A stretch of DNA of 53,998 nt from an uncultured Methylomarinum sp. (GTDB lineage Bacteria > Pseudomonadota > Gammaproteobacteria > Methylococcales > Methylomonadaceae): contig CAYNRB010000001.1 in the NCBI GenBank assembly GCA_964399475.1, positions 1 through 53,998 of the forward strand, read 5' to 3'. This document shows positions 47,161 to 53,998 of the stretch, piece after piece (position 1 is the stretch's first letter; every line of letters starts with the position of its first letter). Both the position numbers and the translations under genes were made by a program. The notes under the pieces were generated by a model. The model was not told the DNA's origin and did not search any database. It saw only the letters and a program-made list of their open reading frames with translations.

Positions 47161-48504
47161 ATGGCTTCAACAGTTAATTTGATTAAAGGCTGCATCTTTT
47201 TTTCATTTTTGTTTTTTCAAATAGCTATTTCTGAAGCAGCCAGTACAGCTATTCCCCAATTCGCAGACAACATCCATTTAGGTGTTGCAACATGTGCAGG
47301 GAGCGCATGTCATGGCTCTTCAGAACCCTTTGACACCTCCACCGTATTACAAAATGAATATCTCACTTGGCAACGCCACGACAAACACTCCAAAGCCTAT
47401 AAAGTTCTTTTCAATGATAGATCTAAAAGAATTGCTCGCAATTTAGGCCTAAAAGCAGCTCATACCGCGAAAATTTGCCTGGATTGCCATACTGATAATG
47501 TAGCTAAAGATAAACGTGGGCGCCGTTTTCAATTATCTGACGGTATTGGTTGTGAAGCTTGTCACGGTGGCGCTGAAAAATATTTAGGCCCACATGTCTC
47601 TGGATTAGCCACACATCAAGAAAATATCGACAATGGACTCTACCCTACTGAAAATCCAATCCAGAGAGCAAAACTTTGCCTTTCATGCCACTTAGGTACC
47701 AATAGCCAATTTGCAACCCATGACATTATGGGAGCGGGTCATCCACGAATTAACTTTGAATTGGATACCTATACTGCAACATCACCCGCCCACTATAAAG
47801 TCGACAAAGATTACCGAGAGAGAAAAGTAGTCTGGAGCCATGCTAGAACATGGGCTGTTGGTCAAGCAATGGCCGTTCAACAATATCTTAATCTTCTTAC
47901 CTCGCCAAAACGGCTAAAAAACGGCCTATTTCCAGAACTTGCTGTATTTGAATGTTATGCCTGCCATCAATCTATGAATGGTCAACGCTGGCAAAAACGT
48001 GAATCCAGTGACATAGGACCCGGAAATATTCGACTTCAGGAAAGCAATATTCTGATGATGAAACATATTGCTAAAGTTATTGACCCTAGCCTTGCCAGTT
48101 CTTTGCATACCAAAACTTTAAATCTTCATCAAGCCAGCACACAAAGCATCCCAAGCATTGTCAGTGCCGCAAAAGAACTAAAAGTATTGAATAGACAGCT
48201 AATTAATAAAATTGCCAGTACAAGTTTTTCTAGCGCAATTATTAACAAAGTACTTTCCAGCATCATCAATGATGGGATTAAAGGCAATTACTTTGATTAC
48301 GCAAGTGCCGAACAAAGTTTAATGGCAATTGAAGCATTAGCAACAACTTTAGCCAACGCCCGTGCGATTGATTTTTCAAGTTCCAGCCCTTTAGCTAAAA
48401 GCATTGATAAACTCTACGTGCTATTAGTAAATGATGATAATTTTTCTCCAAGCTCATTTGCTAGCGAATTAAAACAAATACAAACTAACCTTTCTATAAA
48501 ATAG
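47161..48504 (+). CDS. periplasmic multihaem (4x CxxCH + 1x CxxxxCH) c-type cytochrome with a non-haem helical C-terminal half
   Basis: 447 aa with a signal peptide (CIFFSFLFFQIAISEA). Motifs CAGSACH, CLDCH, CEACH, CLSCH and CYACH all lie in the first ~270 aa. AGGGG RBS. Confidence 0.8.
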   Translation: MASTVNLIKGCIFFSFLFFQIAISEAASTAIPQFADNIHLGVATCAGSACHGSSEPFDTSTVLQNEYLTWQRHDKHSKAYKVLFNDRSKRIARNLGLKAAHTAKICLDCHTDNVAKDKRGRRFQLSDGIGCEACHGGAEKYLGPHVSGLATHQENIDNGLYPTENPIQRAKLCLSCHLGTNSQFATHDIMGAGHPRINFELDTYTATSPAHYKVDKDYRERKVVWSHARTWAVGQAMAVQQYLNLLTSPKRLKNGLFPELAVFECYACHQSMNGQRWQKRESSDIGPGNIRLQESNILMMKHIAKVIDPSLASSLHTKTLNLHQASTQSIPSIVSAAKELKVLNRQLINKIASTSFSSAIINKVLSSIINDGIKGNYFDYASAEQSLMAIEALATTLANARAIDFSSSSPLAKSIDKLYVLLVNDDNFSPSSFASELKQIQTNLSIK

Positions 48505-48691
48505 GATACAAGCTTTCCTTTTAGCTGCTTGACACATTATTTATAAGGGATTTCCTTCAATTATCACGCATGCATTGTTCTGAATTTGAAATTGATTTTT
48601 GAACTCTAGATTTTATGTATAGGCGCAAGTTTTTCAAGTATGCTATTTCTTCTTTTCAAATAGTGTTTTTTTATTTTTCTGGATACAGATT

Positions 48692-51100
48692 ATGTCAGAT
48701 TCAAAACATTACAATATAGTTATCATTGGTTCTGGCCCCGGCGGAATGAGTGCTGCGGGTCGTGCTCAGGAAGCAGGTTTAAATTATATTTTACTTGAAG
48801 CCACAAGCCACCTATCCTATACCATTCACCTTTATCAAAAAGGTAAACACGTCATGGATGAACCGACTATTTTGCCTTTACGCAGTACCTTCGGGTTTAC
48901 AGCCGAATCTCGAGAGGAAATATTAGGTAAATGGGAAGATAAAATAAAATCCCTCAATGTTAATATTCAGTACGACTCCTATGTCGAAACAATTTCTGGT
49001 GAATCAGGAAATTTCACCATTAATATCAAAGGTGGGGAAGTAATAACTGCCGATAAAATTGTGCTTGGAATCGGGCTTCAAGGTAATCTTCGCAAAATGG
49101 GAGTAGAAGGTGAAGATTTACCTTTTGTACAATATCAACTGGATGACCCTGAAGAATATGAAGATGAAACGATTGTGGTTATTGGAGCGGGTGATGCAGC
49201 CATAGAAAATGCCATTGCTTTAGCAAAACAAAATAACGTTATTATCGTAAACCGAAAGAATGAGTTTGCACGAGCAAAAAAGGGCAATCTTAATGGCATT
49301 ACTAGAGCGATAGAAACCGAAACTTTAGAATGCTACTACAATTCAACCAGTGAATGCGTTAAAGCCCTTGATCAACCAGGTGAAAATGGAGAAAAAGGTG
49401 TTTTAGTTCTCAATACTGATGAGGGAACCACTGAAATACCTATACATCGAATCATTGCTCGCTTAGGTGCAATCCCTCCCAGACGATTTGTTGAAGCTTG
49501 TGGAATTGTTTTTCCTAGTAAGGATCCTGCGGCAGTTCCTGCTATCAGTGAAACCTATGAATCAAATGTTCCTGGCTTGCATATAGTCGGTGCTTTAGGC
49601 GGAAATCCTCTGATTAAAGCAGCCATGAACCAAGGCTATGAGGTCATTGAACACATTCAAGGCAACCCAATCGCACCAGCGGATGAGCCACTCTTAAAAG
49701 ACAAGTTTTCTAACCTTGATGCCAGCTTGTCGGTTAGCCAATTACTTGCCCAACTCTATAGCGCTTTACCATTCCTCCAATCATTAACTAAATTACAATT
49801 TAGAGAATTCATTTTAGACAGTGAGATAAGATTACCTCAACCAGGCGAGACCATATATGCAATCAATGATTTCAGTAACTCCTTCTATTCTATTATCACA
49901 GGTCAAGTCGATTTAATTTCTACCGCTGGAGAACGTGATCAGAAATCTACACTACAAAATGGTGATTTTTTTGGTGAATGGAGCTTAATATCGGGTCGCC
50001 GACGTTCTGATACCGCTATTGCCGGTAATAACTGCTTATTAATCGAAAGCGGTCGTAGAATGATGAAAAAACAAATCAGCTCGGATCCTTCCATAGCCGA
50101 TGCGATCAATAAAGTTTTCATCATGCGTGCAGTACAAACTCATCTTGCGCCTGGTGTTCCTCAAGCATTACTCAAAAAATACTTGAATCGAGCAGATATT
50201 GCTTATTTCAAACCCGGTGATTTCTTGCAGAAAGAAGGGGAATCTTGTAGTACCTTTCATATAATACGCTCTGGATCAGTTACGGTTTCACGCAAAGTAT
50301 CTGGCAAAGAAGTCTTAATTTCGTATATGCCTGTGGGTGAATTTCTGGGAGAAATGGCCATACTCAGTGGCAATGCTTGCATGACAACCGCTACGGCTAC
50401 TGTCGCAACTGAAACCATTAGTCTTGATGCCAGCATTTTTACCGAGATGATGAATGATGTTCCTCAAGTTGCACAACTAATTGAAAGCACTTTACAAGAA
50501 CGCCTTAGGGATTATGTACAACTACAAAATCATCCTGAACGAGGTGCAGCAATCTCATTTATGATGCAACAGGGCTTAGGTGAAGCAACCGATGTTCTGG
50601 TTATTGACGAATCATTATGCGTACAATGCGATAACTGCGAAAAAGCCTGTGCGGAAACCCACAACGGCACTTCTCGATTAGATCGTGAAGCTGGCCCCAC
50701 CTATGCCTCACTCCATATTCCAACATCTTGCCGACATTGTGAACAACCACACTGTATGAAAGATTGCCCTCCTGATGCCATTCATCGAGCAAATAATGGT
50801 GAAGTCTTTATTGACCAAAGTTGTATAGGATGTGGTAATTGCCAGCAGAACTGTCCCTACGGTGTCATACAAATGGCAAAATCCGGAACCAAAACCACCA
50901 ATCTTTTTCAATGGCTAGTACTTGGTAAAGGTTCGGCACCCGGAGAAAAAGCAACCCATTTTGATGCTGATGTTCAAAAGAAAGCGGTTAAATGTGATAT
51001 GTGTAAAGATTTACCCGGCGGACAAGCCTGCGTTAGAGCCTGTCCAACGGGTGCTGCAATTCGCATAAATCCTGAACAACTTATTGAATTAACCATATAA
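48692..51100 (+). CDS. cytoplasmic fusion oxidoreductase: FAD/NAD(P)-binding pyridine-nucleotide-disulfide-type domain + two cyclic-nucleotide-binding domains + four-cluster [4Fe-4S] ferredoxin domain
   Basis: 802 aa with no signal peptide. Rossmann motifs IVIIGSGPGGMSAAGRA and IVVIGAGDAAIENA. cNMP-like blocks FFGEWSLISGRRRSDTAIA and FLGEMAILSGNACMTTATA. Cys groups CVQCDNCEKAC, CRHCEQPHCMKDCP, CIGCGNCQQNCP and CDMC..x7..CVRACP (DmsB/NrfC-like spacing). Confidence 0.8.
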   Translation: MSDSKHYNIVIIGSGPGGMSAAGRAQEAGLNYILLEATSHLSYTIHLYQKGKHVMDEPTILPLRSTFGFTAESREEILGKWEDKIKSLNVNIQYDSYVETISGESGNFTINIKGGEVITADKIVLGIGLQGNLRKMGVEGEDLPFVQYQLDDPEEYEDETIVVIGAGDAAIENAIALAKQNNVIIVNRKNEFARAKKGNLNGITRAIETETLECYYNSTSECVKALDQPGENGEKGVLVLNTDEGTTEIPIHRIIARLGAIPPRRFVEACGIVFPSKDPAAVPAISETYESNVPGLHIVGALGGNPLIKAAMNQGYEVIEHIQGNPIAPADEPLLKDKFSNLDASLSVSQLLAQLYSALPFLQSLTKLQFREFILDSEIRLPQPGETIYAINDFSNSFYSIITGQVDLISTAGERDQKSTLQNGDFFGEWSLISGRRRSDTAIAGNNCLLIESGRRMMKKQISSDPSIADAINKVFIMRAVQTHLAPGVPQALLKKYLNRADIAYFKPGDFLQKEGESCSTFHIIRSGSVTVSRKVSGKEVLISYMPVGEFLGEMAILSGNACMTTATATVATETISLDASIFTEMMNDVPQVAQLIESTLQERLRDYVQLQNHPERGAAISFMMQQGLGEATDVLVIDESLCVQCDNCEKACAETHNGTSRLDREAGPTYASLHIPTSCRHCEQPHCMKDCPPDAIHRANNGEVFIDQSCIGCGNCQQNCPYGVIQMAKSGTKTTNLFQWLVLGKGSAPGEKATHFDADVQKKAVKCDMCKDLPGGQACVRACPTGAAIRINPEQLIELTI

Positions 51101-51120
51101 CAAATAAGGAAAATACTCTT

Positions 51121-52059
51121 ATGCAAGAATCATTTCTGAATTATGAACGTTTCCGTTACTTAAAGCTGGCTGTAGCTGTTTCATTGCTTTCCCTTATTCT
51201 GTATATATTTCATGATCCAGGTGTTGCACCGCCAAATGGAGGCACTTGGTTAGGCTACTTGTTAGGTAGTATTTCGGCGGGAATTATCTTTTTACTGCTT
51301 TGGTTTGGTATCAGAAAACGCCGATATTCCTCAACAGCTGGTACAGTAAAAGGCTGGTTATCTGCACATATATACCTTGGCATCGCATTAATTTTTGTTG
51401 GAACGCTTCATACTGGATTTCAATTTGGCTGGAATGTCCACACGCTAGCCTATACATTAATGATTCTAGTTATTCTAAGTGGATTCTATGGATTATATGT
51501 TTATATCCGTTATCCAACCATGCTTAATACCCATAGAAATGGAATAAATCGCTTGGAAATGCTTAAGGAAATTAATGAACTGGATGAACTGTCACTCTCC
51601 ATTGCCAATAACGAATTAAGTCCAAAAATTCATGAAGTTATCTTGCGTTCTATCGAAAAAACTCGAATAGGTACCTCTGTCTGGCAACAATTGACTGCAA
51701 TGGAATACGGCTCTGACCCCTTTGAAGGTGTTGAAAAAATGTTAGCAGATTATCAACAAGGTGTGCAAAGTGAAACCTTAATGCTGGACAGCAATCAGCA
51801 ATCAGGTAACTCAACTAACTCACAAGCTACCATGATGTATATCAGTAATGCCTTGAATGTGATTGACTCGGATCAGCTTGAATCCGTACGAAGATTACTG
51901 GAAGCCGTGGGAAGAAAAAAATCATTAGTCAAACAAGTTAGACGTGATATCCAGTTAAAAGCAACCATCCAGTTCTGGCTATATATTCATATTCCACTTT
52001 CACTAGCTTTATTTGCTGCATTAATCATCCATATATTTAGCGTTTTCTTTTATTGGTAA
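51121..52059 (+). CDS. integral membrane protein, candidate dihaem b-type transmembrane electron carrier
   Basis: 312 aa with about 5 TM helices and a ~150-aa soluble insert. TM3 reads H83-x13-H97 (HIYLGIALIFVGTLH) and TM5 reads H290-x13-H304 (HIPLSLALFAALIIH). Confidence 0.5.
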   Translation: MQESFLNYERFRYLKLAVAVSLLSLILYIFHDPGVAPPNGGTWLGYLLGSISAGIIFLLLWFGIRKRRYSSTAGTVKGWLSAHIYLGIALIFVGTLHTGFQFGWNVHTLAYTLMILVILSGFYGLYVYIRYPTMLNTHRNGINRLEMLKEINELDELSLSIANNELSPKIHEVILRSIEKTRIGTSVWQQLTAMEYGSDPFEGVEKMLADYQQGVQSETLMLDSNQQSGNSTNSQATMMYISNALNVIDSDQLESVRRLLEAVGRKKSLVKQVRRDIQLKATIQFWLYIHIPLSLALFAALIIHIFSVFFYW

Positions 52060-52065
52060 GCTATC

Positions 52066-53811
52066 ATGAAATGTCTTGTAAATTATATTACTCGCCGTAA
52101 AAACGGTAATATTAGTACTAAATCAAAAGAAGTTGATGCCAACAGCATTGGTATTGGACGTGCTACTGACCAGGAAATTTTCTTATCAGATCTTCGTATT
52201 GCTTATAAACATGCTGAAATAGTTCTGCTTGAAGGAAAATACTACATCAAATCCCTGGCTTTATCTGGCATTAGACTGAACAATGCCATTACTTCATCAG
52301 TTTTGTTGACACCAGGCGTTGTCGTACAAATAGGAAACTACGAACTTAAAGTTATTGAAAAACCGGGTTATGACCTCGTTGTGGAACTTGAACAAGTCAC
52401 CACAAGTGAAGTTCTAAATGACCAAATAAAATTAGAGTCAAAACTGGATTTAAATCAAACAAAATTAAACAAGCGCCTTCTATCCTGGATAGGTTTTGCT
52501 ACGATATTTGTACTGTTTTTTATTCTCCCTTTAAGTTCTTCATTATTTCAACCGATTAAAGACATTAGCTCTAAAATTCCGCTTATACCAACCGATGCGG
52601 CATGGAAATCAGGCTCCATGGCATCTGTACATCATTTTTTCAAAAATGACTGTCGCTCTTGCCATCAAGATGCATTTGTTCAAGTTAAAGATGAAGCCTG
52701 TACTAGTTGCCATAAAGATACCCACATACATGCCAACGATAACTTAATGGTCAATCAAAATTTAAATAATATCGCTTGTCAGGATTGCCATAAGGAACAC
52801 AATGGAACTGACGGGATGATTATGCCTTCATCCAATAATTTCTGTAGTGATTGCCATGCAGATTTAAAAGAAACATTAGCAGATAAAACTAAATTACTAG
52901 ATGCTAGTGATTTTGGCGATGACCATCCTGAGTTTAGAGCCTCTATCCCTTATTCTAAGTTTGGCAAAAAGAGATTTTCTCGTATATCTATGGATAATAC
53001 TGAGAAACTTAAAGAAAAAAATGCGGTGGTTTTTTCTCATAAAGCTCATTTACAACCTTATTTTCCAGCCAGATTTAAAGAATTGACTAAAAATGGTGCT
53101 GAAAAAATGGCATGTATGGACTGCCACGTTCCTGATAGTGGTGGGAAACGCATGATTCCCATCAATTTTGAAGACAACTGTGAGAGCTGTCATAAGCTGG
53201 AAATTGGCAAAAAACAAGCTCGTTTAAAATTACCACATGAGGCAACAACTGAAGTCTATTATTATATAGAACAGTATTATAAGTCACTTGCCCTTGATGG
53301 CGGCATAACCGATACTGAAACCCCAACAGGTTTGAGAACCAGACGACGAGCAGGCCAAGCCATTTCTTCTGAGGAAAGATTAGTTGCATTAAACTGGGCT
53401 TCAAAAAAATCTAAGCAAGTTGCTGAAGAAATTTTTAACTACACGCTTTGTAAAACCTGCCATATAGTAACCAGCTCTGAGAATGCAACACCTCCTTGGA
53501 ACATTTCAGCCGTTTACACACCAGACTTATGGTTTCCAAAAGCAAATTTCACCCATTCCAAACATACAACCATGGAATGCTTAGATTGTCATAATGTAGA
53601 GCAGTCTGAAGTAGGCGAAGATGTTTTGATGCCCAAAATCGCTGATTGCCGAAGTTGTCACGCTGGGGCTCATAATGATGAATTATTGGCTTCTGGATGT
53701 ATTGATTGCCATAGCTTTCATATTGGAAAAGAACTACTTGCTCCTCCTGCACCTACTATTGTAGAACTGAAAGCTACTGGTAATGAAGCTGAAGAAGTAA
53801 TAATAGAATAG
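52066..53811 (+). CDS. FHA domain - single TM - decahaem c-type cytochrome fusion protein
   Basis: 581 aa. N-terminal FHA-like block (IGIGRATDQEIFLSDLRIAYKHAEIVLLEGKYYIKSLALSGIRLNN). TM at aa 138-160 (LSWIGFATIFVLFFILPLSSSLF). Ten CxxCH motifs follow: CRSCH, CTSCH, CQDCH, CSDCH, CMDCH, CESCH, CKTCH, CLDCH, CRSCH, CIDCH. Confidence 0.85.
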   Translation: MKCLVNYITRRKNGNISTKSKEVDANSIGIGRATDQEIFLSDLRIAYKHAEIVLLEGKYYIKSLALSGIRLNNAITSSVLLTPGVVVQIGNYELKVIEKPGYDLVVELEQVTTSEVLNDQIKLESKLDLNQTKLNKRLLSWIGFATIFVLFFILPLSSSLFQPIKDISSKIPLIPTDAAWKSGSMASVHHFFKNDCRSCHQDAFVQVKDEACTSCHKDTHIHANDNLMVNQNLNNIACQDCHKEHNGTDGMIMPSSNNFCSDCHADLKETLADKTKLLDASDFGDDHPEFRASIPYSKFGKKRFSRISMDNTEKLKEKNAVVFSHKAHLQPYFPARFKELTKNGAEKMACMDCHVPDSGGKRMIPINFEDNCESCHKLEIGKKQARLKLPHEATTEVYYYIEQYYKSLALDGGITDTETPTGLRTRRRAGQAISSEERLVALNWASKKSKQVAEEIFNYTLCKTCHIVTSSENATPPWNISAVYTPDLWFPKANFTHSKHTTMECLDCHNVEQSEVGEDVLMPKIADCRSCHAGAHNDELLASGCIDCHSFHIGKELLAPPAPTIVELKATGNEAEEVIIE

Positions 53812-53998
53812 ATTTTCGTGGGCATTGCACAATTTTCATCTGTTTGGAACAGTTTTTACATCTCTATTTATATGGTTAAAAACAGGCTGAAAAACTTGAG
53901 CAAGTAATGTCTATTATGGCGCTAGGAACGAATGCGAGATAAGCTAGACATACAACGGGTTGGATTATGAATTGTAACTAACACAAGGATGTGTATAG

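Noticed and set aside
53840-53857. CTGTT-TGG-AACAG + TTTTT as the terminator of the FHA-cytochrome operon.
   Set aside because: A 5-bp AT-containing stem is marginal. It is plausible but not supportable without transcript-end data.
1-53998. CRISPR arrays, tRNA/rRNA genes, integrases other than xerD, transposases and prophage blocks.
   Set aside because: No regularly spaced direct repeats with unique spacers were seen. The repeats present are palindromic hairpins at scattered loci. No cloverleaf-like or rRNA-like sequence and no transposase-like ORF was recognised. XerD has the housekeeping XerD signature and context.

Overview
This is an AT-rich chromosomal segment that looks gammaproteobacterial. 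All calls come from motif-level reading of the supplied ORF translations and the DNA, with no searches run. The C1 genes (mtdA, glycerate kinase, glyA, fhs, mdh) suggest a methylotroph or methanotroph-like host; that is an inference.

Layout:
- 0.4-16.2 kb: flagellar filament locus. It holds a MotY-like protein, flgL, an 858-aa flagellin, fliD, flaG and a 1363-aa giant flagellin, with divergent fliS-fliT. Two good sigma-28 promoters are visible.
- 16.4-23 kb: housekeeping block of ypjD-like, ffh, rpsP-rimM-trmD-rplS and xerD.
- 23.5-32.4 kb: lone lpxA, a HAD hydrolase, and a serine-cycle/C1 island (mdh, mtdA, glycerate 2-kinase, glyA, fhs).
- 32.7-36.4 kb: Ser/Thr signalling module. It holds a Zn-ribbon membrane protein, a tandem kinase-pseudokinase, a PP2C phosphatase and a dual-FHA protein.
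- 38.1-53.8 kb: the most interesting region, two divergent operons around a 785-bp extremely AT-rich spacer.
  - Minus strand: OmpA-like protein, secreted tandem GlcG/HbpS-like protein, 612-aa outer-membrane beta-barrel, and a decahaem cytochrome fused to an LVIVD beta-propeller.
  - Plus strand: pentahaem cytochrome, a FAD/NAD(P) + 2x cNMP-binding + 4x [4Fe-4S] fusion protein, a membrane protein with two His-x13-His pairs (dihaem-b-like), and an FHA-TM-decahaem cytochrome fusion.

Together these read as a candidate cytoplasm-to-surface electron conduit with phospho-threonine and cyclic-nucleotide inputs. This is a hypothesis.

Intergenic regions carry at least eight copies of a roughly 90-205 bp long-hairpin repeat family. 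Its loop and bulge motifs are conserved and its stems co-vary. There are also short GTAGAGCGGACTTCAGTCCGCT hairpins.

I recognised no rRNA, tRNA, CRISPR array, transposase or prophage genes.
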